IMG/VR virus record: IMGVR_UViG_3300015050_000842
Span: 1 to 64,000 of that record
Strand: one strand, 5' to 3'
DNA: 64,000 bases
Source of the DNA: a virus
Taxonomy: Duplodnaviria; Caudoviricetes
Shown: piece after piece, positions 1 to 9,112 of the stretch
Layout: every line of letters begins with the position of its first letter
Numbering within the stretch: position 1 is the first letter of the stretch
Program-made: the position numbers and the translations under genes
The notes under the pieces: model-generated
The model's input: only the letters and a program-made list of their open reading frames with translations
Databases searched by the model: none
Told to the model about the DNA's origin: nothing

Positions 1-186
1 GACATAGCACCAAAATCATATAGAACTGTTTCTAAAGAGGATAAGAAGAATAATTACTATTTAGCTAAATGTAGCGAATGTGGATGGTTTGGGAGCAGTA
101 GTCTTTTATGTGGAGGGGGAGCATTGTATGATAGCGGAGATTACTTTGATTGTTATTGCCCTGTATGCAATAGTACAGAATTTTAA
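1..186 (+). CDS. Partial small Zn-finger-like phage protein (5' end outside window)
   Basis: Frame 1 is open to TAA at 184-186: ...AKCSECGWFG...DCYCPVCNSTEF, two CxxC pairs. Not in the ORF track. Confidence 0.6.
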   Translation, partial: DIAPKSYRTVSKEDKKNNYYLAKCSECGWFGSSSLLCGGGALYDSGDYFDCYCPVCNSTEF

Positions 187-203
187 TTAAACGAATTAAC
201 AAC

Positions 204-536
204 ATGGAAAACAAAGAACAAAATACAGGGATGAGTGTTGAGCAGGCAGCAGAACAGACATTCCCAATCCCAGATGATAAAATAGGGGATGTTTATTTTT
301 GCAGTGATATAGCCAATTTAAGAAAAGGATTCAGATTTGGTGCATCATGGCAATCCTCCAAACCCATTAACAGCGGATGGGTGAGTGTGGAAGATAGGTT
401 GCCTGAATCATTAAAAGATGGTAAGGATGTAATAGTTTATTTTACTGATGATAGCATTGGGATATGTCTATCATATCTTGTTTCACATTTAGACCATAAA
501 TCATGGATGCCCTTACCACAACCCCCTAAACAATAA
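204..536 (+). CDS. DUF551-domain phage protein
   Basis: C-terminal WVSVEDRLPE...WMPLPQPP signature. Confidence 0.75.
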   Translation: MENKEQNTGMSVEQAAEQTFPIPDDKIGDVYFCSDIANLRKGFRFGASWQSSKPINSGWVSVEDRLPESLKDGKDVIVYFTDDSIGICLSYLVSHLDHKSWMPLPQPPKQ

Positions 537-539
537 GAA

Positions 540-824
540 ATGGAAAATAAAGAAATAGAGAAAGCAGCACAACAATACGCACATGAGTACTGTGATATGC
601 TTGATTTAAGCCACTATAAAGGATTGCATCAAGGGTTTAAAGCAGGTGCAAGGCTTAGGATATTACAGTTAAATCAATTAGAATCCGAACTCGCCCAGCT
701 AAAGGCAGATAATGAGAGGTTGAAAGCTCACATATCAAAACTTACCCATGTAATAGAGCAAGTAATGATAAATCAGCCAATTGAAGCCACTATTGAAATT
801 AAAAAAGCATTGGATAATCACTAA
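540..824 (+). CDS. Hypothetical coiled-coil phage protein
   Basis: ATG 3 nt after the previous stop; heptad-like LNQLESELAQLKADNERLK. Confidence 0.65.
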   Translation: MENKEIEKAAQQYAHEYCDMLDLSHYKGLHQGFKAGARLRILQLNQLESELAQLKADNERLKAHISKLTHVIEQVMINQPIEATIEIKKALDNH

Positions 825-837
825 CCCATAAAGAAAG

Positions 838-1026
838 ATGAAAACTATAAAAATTGAAATGGAAGTTGCATTTCCAGAAACGCTATCGACTGAGCAGGAA
901 ATAAAAGATTGGTTATATTATGAAATGGGGTATAGTGGTTCAATCAGTATCTTAAACCCAATTATAAAAGAGGGCGAACCCATAAATGTTAAAGAAATGT
1001 TTATTACTGATTTCACCTTAGACTAA
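838..1026 (+). CDS. Hypothetical protein
   Basis: Packed ORF in the plus-strand run, A-rich start. Confidence 0.6.
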   Translation: MKTIKIEMEVAFPETLSTEQEIKDWLYYEMGYSGSISILNPIIKEGEPINVKEMFITDFTLD

Positions 1027-1052
1027 ATAAAACCCCTAACCACTAAACTGAA

Positions 1053-1292
1053 TTGAAAATGAAAGGTAAATTTAAATTAGTAGGATTAAGCAAAAGCAAA
1101 TCCGTAACGTGTGAAACAGATAAAGAAGATATTTTTTGGCCTAAAGTAGAAATGTCGCAAGACCGATTCAATGCTTTATGGGATTATTGTAAAGGTAATT
1201 GGGATGAACCAAAATTTGCAGAAATAGAGTATGATAGGTTAGATGAAACTGGTGAGCCAATTAACCCTGTATTATTAAATATAACATTATGA
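1053..1292 (+). CDS. Hypothetical protein (ATG probably at 1059)
   Basis: Packed ORF; its stop overlaps the next ATG (ATGA). Confidence 0.6.
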   Translation: MKMKGKFKLVGLSKSKSVTCETDKEDIFWPKVEMSQDRFNALWDYCKGNWDEPKFAEIEYDRLDETGEPINPVLLNITL

Positions 1293-1354
1293 AACCCCTA
1301 ATCCTAATCCTCCTACTGCCCTTATGCAGTTACGCTCAACGCCAAATAATTTAA
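1289..1354 (+). pseudogene. Truncated signal-peptide stub MKPLILILLLPLCSYAQRQII
   Basis: ATGA-coupled 21-codon ORF consisting only of a Sec-like signal peptide ending AQR, the same cleavage context as the next gene. Confidence 0.45.
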
Positions 1355-1356
1355 TT

Positions 1357-1884
1357 ATGAAAGAACAACCATACATCAAAAAAGCATTTAATCTTACGAA
1401 AAGGGAATATACTTGTTTTCTATCGGGATTATGGATAGGTGCAATATTTATATTTCTGTTGATGTTTTTTATCCCATTATCTACAAAGGCCCAACGCCAC
1501 ACCACCCTCCTAACCGAAATAGGAACAACAGACTTTCGCAGTCAATCCTATGCCGGGATGATAGGCTTTACTAACTTTCAGGATGATTCCTTTCATGCAG
1601 GGGTATTGTATAAGAATTACGGTTCTGCTAATCGAATTGGTGCAAGAGTTAATGTGAACCTGAATCTAAATCGTGCAATGTTTGTATTCATCCAATCAGA
1701 CATATTCGCTAAAACTGCAAGTCAGGATAATGCTTCATTTATGGAGAATAGTGTAGGATTAGGATTGAAATTTAAGGACTTGTTATTGAGTTTTGGGTAT
1801 CAGATGGAGGATTATAACCCTGTGACTAAAATAAGGTCAGAGGATAGGCTATTGGTTAAATTAGGGTATAAAATAAAAATGTAA
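1357..1884 (+). CDS. Exported outer-membrane beta-barrel-like protein
   Basis: Hydrophobic segment then STKA-QR cleavage site; alternating beta-strand pattern; C-terminal LLVKLGYKIKM resembles a beta-signal. ATG at 1357 is preferred over 1324. Confidence 0.55.
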   Translation: MKEQPYIKKAFNLTKREYTCFLSGLWIGAIFIFLLMFFIPLSTKAQRHTTLLTEIGTTDFRSQSYAGMIGFTNFQDDSFHAGVLYKNYGSANRIGARVNVNLNLNRAMFVFIQSDIFAKTASQDNASFMENSVGLGLKFKDLLLSFGYQMEDYNPVTKIRSEDRLLVKLGYKIKM

Positions 1885-1888
1885 GAAG

Positions 1889-2068
1889 ATGGAAATTAGA
1901 ATATGGGGTCTTGTAGATATTCACTACAACGAAGACGAAACAGATAAAGCACTCAAAGAACGTGCTAAATGGGAAAAGAAAGGCTATAGATTACAAGAAG
2001 AAGATGTCGGTGCATTTACCGACAATACAGACCAATTGCTAAGTCCTACTAAGATTATAAAGAAATAA
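1889..2068 (+). CDS. Hypothetical 59-aa protein (MEIRIWGLVDIHY...)
   Basis: Translated by hand; fills the gap between neighbouring genes. Confidence 0.6.
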   Translation: MEIRIWGLVDIHYNEDETDKALKERAKWEKKGYRLQEEDVGAFTDNTDQLLSPTKIIKK

Positions 2069-2165
2069 CCCTCACCGCCCTATTATTCATCACCCTGGCA
2101 ATATACCTAACCCTCTCCGCTTTGGGGAGTAAGAACGATTAGTAAATTATTTAAACAGTATAAAA

Positions 2166-2363
2166 ATGCAATCATTAATTGAAGTATTCAGAATGTCAGA
2201 GATAACCCCTAAAACAAGGGTTAAAATCATTATTCAACTTGGGAAGGCTATAAATGCTGACCACGGTATGAACATAACCGAGCCATTGGTATATGAACTT
2301 GTGAAGCAATTAGACCCCGATAATCAGGAAGTAGAAAACGACCATTATAAAAGTAAGTTTTGA
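2166..2363 (+). CDS. Hypothetical protein
   Basis: ORF with an A-rich start in the plus-strand run. Confidence 0.6.
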   Translation: MQSLIEVFRMSEITPKTRVKIIIQLGKAINADHGMNITEPLVYELVKQLDPDNQEVENDHYKSKF

Positions 2364-2382
2364 TTAGTAAATTTATGAAGTT

Positions 2383-2607
2383 ATGAAAACACCGAAAGAA
2401 AAAGCGATTGAATTGTTTGATAGGTTTAAAGTTGAGGCATTCTCTGAAATAAAAGGATGGTATATTGAAACCGAGGCATCAAAAGATATGGCAAAATTAG
2501 TAGTTGATGAGATAATTGAAGAAGTTCGAGATTATTGCGATACAAATTTTCATCAGGAAAGAATGATTTTTTGGCAAGAAGTCCGCTTCGAAATCGAGAA
2601 ACTATAA
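2383..2607 (+). CDS. Hypothetical Bacteroidota-phage protein (MKTPKEKAIELF...FWQEVRFEIEKL type)
   Basis: Pattern common in Flavobacteriia phage small proteins. Confidence 0.7.
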   Translation: MKTPKEKAIELFDRFKVEAFSEIKGWYIETEASKDMAKLVVDEIIEEVRDYCDTNFHQERMIFWQEVRFEIEKL

Positions 2608-2636
2608 TAATTGAAAGGTAATTAAGAAGTGAAAAA

Positions 2637-2900
2637 ATGGAAACAATAGGACAATTAGCAAGACTAACTAAAAAACAAACTGATAGAGCGTATTTTTCAA
2701 CTCTACCAATAGGAACCGTATTTATCATAATTGATAATTTAGACTTACCTGCATATGATTTAACAGGTTATTTTATTAATTCTGAGCCTCATAAATTATT
2801 TAATGGAAATTATCACCATACTGGATATATCGAAAGAGGATCATGGGAAATTATAGGCGATATTAAAGACAATATTCATATTTTAAAAGGTCAGGCATAA
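2637..2900 (+). CDS. Hypothetical protein with YopX-like C-terminus
   Basis: Ends WEIIGDIKDN, like the YopX EVIGNI motif; last plus-strand gene before the strand switch. Confidence 0.55.
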   Translation: METIGQLARLTKKQTDRAYFSTLPIGTVFIIIDNLDLPAYDLTGYFINSEPHKLFNGNYHHTGYIERGSWEIIGDIKDNIHILKGQA

Positions 2901-2909
2901 CGCTTGACC

Positions 2910-2996
2910 TTATTTCCTCTGCCTAAAATTCCACCAAGCTATTAACCCCATTATTATAATCAATGAGGCTATTATTAGGATTTGTTCGGGGAGCAT
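2910..2996 (-). CDS. 28-aa single-TM microprotein MLPEQILIIASLIIIMGLIAWWNFRQRK
   Basis: ATG overlaps the holin stop (TAATG); hydrophobic core with a basic tail. Not in the ORF track. Confidence 0.5.
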   Translation of the reverse strand: MLPEQILIIASLIIIMGLIAWWNFRQRK

Positions 2997-3337
2997 TACG
3001 ACCTCGCCTTAGCAGATAGATTCTTTAACCACTCTGATATTTTGTCAAGACTTGCACCAATAACCAAAGCAGTATAGAATGTTACCTCACTACCAAATAT
3101 CAAGCTACTAAATCTGATTCCAACGTATATTAATAGCAATGATGTAAATATCCTGATTGCATTATCTCTGAATAAGAACCATGCAGAAAAGGCATAAGGC
3201 GTATTTTTACTTGACTTATCACGTTTGGCAGCTTCAAACCTAAGCATAATCAATGCCCCGATTACTGCGATTGTGTAAGATACCACGAATCCGATAGTAT
3301 CTTTTGTTCCTAAAAATTGTTCTAAAAATTGTTCCAT
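2996..3337 (-). CDS. Holin-like membrane protein
   Basis: About three hydrophobic segments and a basic C-terminus; next to the endolysin. Confidence 0.6.
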   Translation of the reverse strand: MEQFLEQFLGTKDTIGFVVSYTIAVIGALIMLRFEAAKRDKSSKNTPYAFSAWFLFRDNAIRIFTSLLLIYVGIRFSSLIFGSEVTFYTALVIGASLDKISEWLKNLSAKARS

Positions 3338-3388
3338 CTTATTATAGTTTTAAGCCATTTTCTAAAATAGCGGATTTGTTGTTCTAAT

Positions 3389-3928
3389 TTAAGCCTCGTT
3401 AAGCGATAATTCTCCCGAATATGATAAATATACCTTACGAACATTTTTAGGCTCTCCTATGGCATATTTTGGGCGTCTTGCACCAAGTAATCTACTCTTT
3501 GCAATAAAAGCAAACCCAACTGCATTAGATTGATTACCTCCGTACACTAAAAACGCATTGTCATTCTCTCCAACATAGAATCCTACATGACCACCATTGT
3601 CCCTTGAAAATACTAATACATCCCAAAGCATTTCACGACCTTTAGTAACTTCTGTTCCCCAATTCATCCATTGTCTTGCAGCGAGTAACTTACCTGAATC
3701 AAATTGATAGCCTGACCGTTTAGCGACAACACCTACAAACAAACCGCACCAAGGAATATCATCATCGGTTTACCAACCTGATACACCGACCTCTTTAGCC
3801 CACGCCTTTATATTTGGATTACTGCCCTTACCTTTTAATTCAAGTGTGCCGTAATGACGTATAGCCTCTACAAGCATTTTTGGAGAGGATTCGTTATAAA
3901 GCCAATTATATCTTTGTGGTAGAGTCAT
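3389..3928 (-). pseudogene. TIGR02594-family (CHAP/NlpC-like) endolysin with an in-frame TAA at 3770-3772
   Basis: ATG at 3928 (ATGA overlap) reads MTLPQRYNWL...EVGVSGW*TDDDIPWCGLF...GGHVGFY...GGNQSNAV in one frame; catalytic Cys (PWC) and His (GHV) motifs are present. Confidence 0.8.
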
Positions 3929-4254
3929 TTATCCTTATGATTTAACATAACCTCATCAATTCTCCCATGAACAACCTTGAATTGTTTATCAGTTTCCTCT
4001 CTGTGGTTTTTTAACTCATTACGTATTTCCTTATTAAAGGATTCTAACCCTGCCTGAACTGCCCTTGTTATTGTTTCTGACCGTTCACGCTCTTGACGTA
4101 GAATCTCTGCTTCACGTTCCTCTTTCTTGCTTTTAAAGGAAGCCCGAATCCACGTATTTACCGCTATCAATAAAGCTAATATAAACCCAAGTGCAGGGAT
4201 TGTTTGCGCCCAATAATCTTGTGAATCTTCATTCATCGTCTTTACATAAATCAT
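3925..4254 (-). CDS. Membrane protein, holin/antiholin-like
   Basis: One N-terminal TM segment plus a coiled coil, directly upstream of the lysin. Confidence 0.55.
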   Translation of the reverse strand: MIYVKTMNEDSQDYWAQTIPALGFILALLIAVNTWIRASFKSKKEEREAEILRQERERSETITRAVQAGLESFNKEIRNELKNHREETDKQFKVVHGRIDEVMLNHKDK

Positions 4255-4597
4255 ACTTTTCTGCGTTAATAATTATAATAACGAGATAAGCAAAAGTGAA
4301 ACCATTAATTAATATGAGCCACCATTGAGTCCCCGCCAAAAAATATCCCAAATGATTCAATGTTCTCCATAGGTAAATAGATACAAAGTAAAAAAATCCC
4401 AACTGTAATATTTCTCTTTCTAATTGGGTCTTGCAACTCAATGTCAGTATTCCCAAAGTGCCGACATATATTGTTACTGATAAATCTCTCCAAGCATTAA
4501 GCATAAATACCTCTGCAAAGGGAATGTAAATAGCATATAGTAGTGCTGATGTGTAACTTAATGCAAAGCCACAAACCGTAACTACCGATAAGACTAT
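4229..4597 (-). CDS. Multi-TM membrane protein of the lysis module (start uncertain)
   Basis: About four hydrophobic segments; the track start is a TTG inside the upstream gene. Confidence 0.55.
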   Translation of the reverse strand: MVLSVVTVCGFALSYTSALLYAIYIPFAEVFMLNAWRDLSVTIYVGTLGILTLSCKTQLEREILQLGFFYFVSIYLWRTLNHLGYFLAGTQWWLILINGFTFAYLVIIIINAEKYDLCKDDE

Positions 4598-4878
4598 TCT
4601 TGTATGACCCACGGATGCCAATTGCAATCTTCGTCATAACTTCCTGCCTGACCATAATGAGGGTCGTTAGGGTCGTTCTTATTGCACGTAGGTGAATACA
4701 TTAATCCGTGAACCTTTTCCTTTACTGCATCTCTATCTTCTTTCTCTGCTTTTTTAAGTAGCGATAATATAAATGCCCTATTCTCCCAAATGAATGGCAA
4801 TGCAGTTTTTAGAATCCATTTCCAAAATCTGCCTTTTGCGATTACTTGCGCCTGACCGATGAATTTTTCCTTTGTCAT
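4594..4878 (-). CDS. Hypothetical protein
   Basis: Packed ORF between the fibre gene and the lysis genes. Confidence 0.6.
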   Translation of the reverse strand: MTKEKFIGQAQVIAKGRFWKWILKTALPFIWENRAFILSLLKKAEKEDRDAVKEKVHGLMYSPTCNKNDPNDPHYGQAGSYDEDCNWHPWVIQE

Positions 4879-4885
4879 AGTTGTA

Positions 4886-7222
4886 TTATTGAACTGTGTA
4901 TGTGAATGAATATCTTATAGTGTGAGAACTTGTGCTTGATGAAAGAAACGAAAGCCCTGCTGTGTCTGTCCCTGTATTTTCATACAACATTCCGCTTGTA
5001 AATGTTGAAACTCCATCGAGAACAACACAAGTCCCTGTTAAATCATTTGCCGTTGTTAGGTTTGATGCAATAGGTAATGAAATAGAAACAACAGTAATAG
5101 TTGCTGATGCGGTTGGTGTAACTGTTATAATACCCTGACAACTTACTTGGTTCCCTACTCTTTGATAATGTAGGTTATTAGATGGAGAAGTGCTTGATGC
5201 TGCATTCGTTCCATCTGTTAAAGTCGGTGTTGAAGTCGATGCTGCCATTGAAATCTTCTCAACAAATCCTGTACTTGAATTACGTGTCAAGGCATCATAA
5301 CTCCCTGCGGAAGTAGTAGGTGATGTATCTATTTTAACCTGACCATTACCGTAAACCTTTACACCACCATCTGCACCGTTGGCTGTTATCTCTACATTGC
5401 GTGTAGCTGATGTAGCTGACGGCAGGAATGAAATAGCTGCATCGGAAGTAATTCCATCTGTTAAGTGAATTTCTGCCCTATCACCTGATGCAGTAGATGA
5501 TACCCTTAATTGGTCGCCACCAAAGAATGAAGTAGATGAAGCACCCTCAACGTGCAACTTACTTGACGGAGTAGCGATACCAACACCGACAAGACCTCCG
5601 TTTGGTTGAAGATTTACATAACTTGATGTCCTCGTTGCATCGGTTGTACCCTGAATTGTTATATCTCCATTTGCAGAAGTACTTCCATTTATTGTCGTAG
5701 TTTGAAGTCCACTTGCCAATAATAACGTCTTATCTCCTAAAAATCTACCTGCTTCACCTAACGTACTTCCTGTCATTGTGGAGAACACCAAGTCCCCTGC
5801 CGTAGCAGAAGTAAGTACGCTGTTAATCCTTGCCGATTGAAGTGATGTACCTGTGATAAAATTTATTCGATTTCCTGTGCCTGTGGTTGTTCCACCGTTA
5901 CGTATAGAAATAGCATCCGTTATTGAAGCTGCTGATGTATTAGCAAATGTTATCGTACTTGCTGTGCCTCCTGTTAAAGTTGAAAACGTAGCTGCACCAA
6001 TATTAGGAGTAGTTAAAGTAGGAGAAGTTGAATAAACTAAATTTGTTGAAGCCGTTCCTGTTGTTCCTGTGGCAGCGTTCAAGTAGTTTAATTGCGTTCC
6101 TGTGGTAGTGACTGATGTAGCCCCTAACGTGAACGGAGTAGGCATTGTTACTGTTCCTGTGGCAACAATCTGACCGTGTACTTTAAATATACCTGAACCG
6201 GGATAAGTCGCATCATCGGGTCCAAAAACTGCAATACCATCGTTTCCAAATAACCGCATTTGAATATTGTCTGTTGCACCCGATACCGTAGTTGTATTTA
6301 ATCTTAAAAGTCCTTTCGCTGAACCTGCCGTAACATCATACCACTTAGCTGATATAGAACTTGTTTTCCCTGCTGTGCCTCCTGCATCATTTGCACCCGT
6401 TACAATAAACGATTCATCTGAATTTATTGCACCTATTGCCCGATTATTAAATAGACTTAACCCTGCATTAGTTCCGTAAAGTTCCGTTTGAACATCTGAC
6501 CTGAATACGCCTGTTCCTGAACCGATTGGAGAGGTTATCCTTGTTCCAAATGAACCGTTTGGAGTTATGGATGTTCCTGTACCGAGTGACCAATATTGTG
6601 TTGGTATATCACTTATTTTGGCATAAACGGTATCTAAAACCAATGTGTCAATACCAAATGAGCCACTTGTTGTAATAGCTGTTTGTGGTGTTAAACCATA
6701 AGCAGGAGTAACACTTGTAACTGTTCCACCGCTTGAAGGTGCAGTATTTGTTATCGTAAAGTTAGGGTATGTTCCACTTGTGCTTATCCCTGTTCCTGCG
6801 GTTAGAGCTACTGTTTGGTCAGGTGCAGTATTCGTTATCGTTAAACTGCCCGAACTCGTAATAGGACTACCACTAACACTAATTCCTGTTCCTGCTGTTG
6901 CGCCTACACTTAATACCGTTCCTACATTCCATGTTCTATTAGCACTTAAATCTCGTGTAGCACCGTTAATTGTTAATGTCCTTGTTAAAGGCACATACGT
7001 ACCTCCTGTTATCGGAGCATACAGTCTATCAGCTTGTTGTTTATTCAGGAAATAATTCCATAGATAATTAACACCGTTATAGAAATAGTAGGTGCTATCA
7101 GATGCCCTGAAATAAGCCTGATTAGTGCTTAAAGGGACTAATGTTCCTGACGGTTGCGGCTGTATTTGCCCGAAAACATTGACCGAAATAACAAGTAATA
7201 AAAGTGTAATTAATCTTTTCAT
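4886..7222 (-). CDS. Tail fibre-like protein with an N-terminal Sec-type signal peptide
   Basis: Gly/Thr/Ser-rich, with TRTLTING..DLSANRTW and GTV(T/L)SV fibre motifs; begins MKRLITLLLLVISVNVFG-Q. Confidence 0.7.
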   Translation of the reverse strand: MKRLITLLLLVISVNVFGQIQPQPSGTLVPLSTNQAYFRASDSTYYFYNGVNYLWNYFLNKQQADRLYAPITGGTYVPLTRTLTINGATRDLSANRTWNVGTVLSVGATAGTGISVSGSPITSSGSLTITNTAPDQTVALTAGTGISTSGTYPNFTITNTAPSSGGTVTSVTPAYGLTPQTAITTSGSFGIDTLVLDTVYAKISDIPTQYWSLGTGTSITPNGSFGTRITSPIGSGTGVFRSDVQTELYGTNAGLSLFNNRAIGAINSDESFIVTGANDAGGTAGKTSSISAKWYDVTAGSAKGLLRLNTTTVSGATDNIQMRLFGNDGIAVFGPDDATYPGSGIFKVHGQIVATGTVTMPTPFTLGATSVTTTGTQLNYLNAATGTTGTASTNLVYSTSPTLTTPNIGAATFSTLTGGTASTITFANTSAASITDAISIRNGGTTTGTGNRINFITGTSLQSARINSVLTSATAGDLVFSTMTGSTLGEAGRFLGDKTLLLASGLQTTTINGSTSANGDITIQGTTDATRTSSYVNLQPNGGLVGVGIATPSSKLHVEGASSTSFFGGDQLRVSSTASGDRAEIHLTDGITSDAAISFLPSATSATRNVEITANGADGGVKVYGNGQVKIDTSPTTSAGSYDALTRNSSTGFVEKISMAASTSTPTLTDGTNAASSTSPSNNLHYQRVGNQVSCQGIITVTPTASATITVVSISLPIASNLTTANDLTGTCVVLDGVSTFTSGMLYENTGTDTAGLSFLSSSTSSHTIRYSFTYTVQ

Positions 7223-7800
7223 TAGGTTGAAATTAAAATATATCCTGTCTGTGCTAATCCTAATTCAAACGTAGCACTCTGCAATAAAGTTAATGTAATA
7301 TCGTATTGCAGGTTCTCTGATGCCCCTGTAAACAAAGAGTAACTTCCTGTTGTACCGTTATACAGGTAAACTGCGAATGTCGGGTTGTTGCCAAAGGTAT
7401 TTGCGTAATCTGTTTGGTAGTCTGCAATAGTTGGAGTTGCCTCATTATTAAAGAATAACCGTATAGGTGTTACATACGTTTGGTCAATTGTTATTGTTGT
7501 TGTACCGCCTATATCTTGGTAGTTAGGATTGATTGTAGAGTACGTGGAGTTGAATGAATCTACTGCCTGACACATCCCTATCAACACATTTATTAATGCC
7601 TCATACGTACTTAAACTTGCTCTGTAAGGGTAGTTATCACTCAAAGACTTCCATAATACGTAAATATCTCGCTGCTTATACTGTAATTCAGGATAGATTG
7701 ATGATTGCAGGTACAGAAATTTAGACTGCACCCTATCACTAATGATAAGCATAGCCCTCTGACCTCGTAGTAAAGCGTTTTGTATGTAGGTAGTTGTCAT
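7222..7800 (-). CDS. Putative tail/structural protein
   Basis: Position in the tail operon; coupled to both neighbours. Confidence 0.5.
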   Translation of the reverse strand: MTTTYIQNALLRGQRAMLIISDRVQSKFLYLQSSIYPELQYKQRDIYVLWKSLSDNYPYRASLSTYEALINVLIGMCQAVDSFNSTYSTINPNYQDIGGTTTITIDQTYVTPIRLFFNNEATPTIADYQTDYANTFGNNPTFAVYLYNGTTGSYSLFTGASENLQYDITLTLLQSATFELGLAQTGYILIST

Positions 7801-8321
7801 TATAACACTTGACTGTTAATTACGTTCTGACCTCTTGTTAAAGCGTTCTGCGCCCCTGTTAATGAGCCGTACAATACCGCAGTCTGACTGTTCTGTTGTT
7901 CAATGATTACGTCTATACTGTCGTACTGTGCTTGAACACTTGCAATACCTACTAAGTCGTTCTCTAAGAAACGTGCTTCCTGAATGTTATAAACTCCTTG
8001 TTGGAGGTATCGGTTCATGGCTATTTCCTCTGTAATTTCATACTCCGAGTCGGGGTCTACCACAGTCGGTACAAGAGTCATTTTTACCGAAAGGGCAAGG
8101 TCGACTGTAAAACCTGCTAGGGTAATAATTCCTGTCGGGTAATCCGTGAAATTGAAGTCAATAGGGTTTGTATAATCAGCTAATGCTTCATCGTCACTAT
8201 CTAAAATCGTTAGATAACGGTCTGTATAAGTTTCACTATCCTCATTTAAGGTAGTGTCCTCAATTGTGAGGCTTGACGGGTCTGCTGACTGACTGATTTC
8301 TATGCTTGCTGTTATTGCCAT
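7800..8321 (-). CDS. Putative tail/structural protein
   Basis: Acidic, beta-rich N-terminus; tail operon position. Confidence 0.5.
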   Translation of the reverse strand: MAITASIEISQSADPSSLTIEDTTLNEDSETYTDRYLTILDSDDEALADYTNPIDFNFTDYPTGIITLAGFTVDLALSVKMTLVPTVVDPDSEYEITEEIAMNRYLQQGVYNIQEARFLENDLVGIASVQAQYDSIDVIIEQQNSQTAVLYGSLTGAQNALTRGQNVINSQVL

Positions 8322-8323
8322 AA

Positions 8324-9106
8324 TTATATTGCAATTTTAAGTTGATGTTCAATTATTTTTGAGCCTTTTGATAGATTTTCTTTTGCCCACAAAGGTTGAA
8401 GATTTGTATAATGGAATAACTTTAACAATTCTTCTTCCGTTTTTGCAGAAGACAATGGTATTTTATGGTCGATATGCCATTCACCGTAATTTTCCCATAA
8501 CATTCCTTTTTTAAATTGGTTCTCTATATAAATCTTTAGTTTGTCGTAATCTAACCCTATTAAAGTACTTGTATAACTGTCTTTTTTATATCCACACCGT
8601 TTTAATGCCATCCATATTCTACTCCTAACTGATTTAGATAGCCTATTTATCGGCTTAACCTTATCTTTGATTCTATACTCTTTATTTTTAAGAGCAAATC
8701 GTTCTTTATTTTTATAATAGTATTCTTTTCTTTTTCTCCTTGTTTCTTCTATATCTTTATTTCTAAAAACTTTTTGCTGAAAACTGATTATATCCTTTCT
8801 TTCAGTATTATATATTCTTCTGTTTAGCCTAATTGCATCACCATTTTTAATTCGATACAGTTTTGTTTTTTCACTAATAATTTGCTTATTATCTGAATAC
8901 CGTTTCAACCTTGATGCTTTAGATGCTAATAAATACTTTTCCATATTTTCTTCTCTATATAATAGAGTTTTTTTATTTATACATGGGTTACACCAAGATT
9001 TATATATATGGCTTGTTTTTGACCTTTTTGAAAATAGAGATATTAATACGCTGTCTTTACAACAACTGCATCTTCTTTTACCGTCTATTATTTCAATTTT
9101 TTTCAT
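8324..9106 (-). CDS. HNH homing endonuclease (endonuclease VII-like HIDH...NLQPLW..EN type)
   Basis: N-terminal CxxC..CxxC, Lys/Arg-rich linker, WHIDHKIPL...NLQPLWAKENLSKG; visibly AT-richer than its neighbours. Confidence 0.85.
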   Translation of the reverse strand: MKKIEIIDGKRRCSCCKDSVLISLFSKRSKTSHIYKSWCNPCINKKTLLYREENMEKYLLASKASRLKRYSDNKQIISEKTKLYRIKNGDAIRLNRRIYNTERKDIISFQQKVFRNKDIEETRRKRKEYYYKNKERFALKNKEYRIKDKVKPINRLSKSVRSRIWMALKRCGYKKDSYTSTLIGLDYDKLKIYIENQFKKGMLWENYGEWHIDHKIPLSSAKTEEELLKLFHYTNLQPLWAKENLSKGSKIIEHQLKIAI

Positions 9107-9112
9107 TGTTTA

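Noticed and set aside
4886-7222. Enrichment of Bacteroidota D-(S/T)-(A/I/L/V/M/T) glycosylation sequons in the fibre
   Set aside because: About four sites (DST, DTL, DTV, DTA), roughly what its Ser/Thr-rich composition gives by chance.
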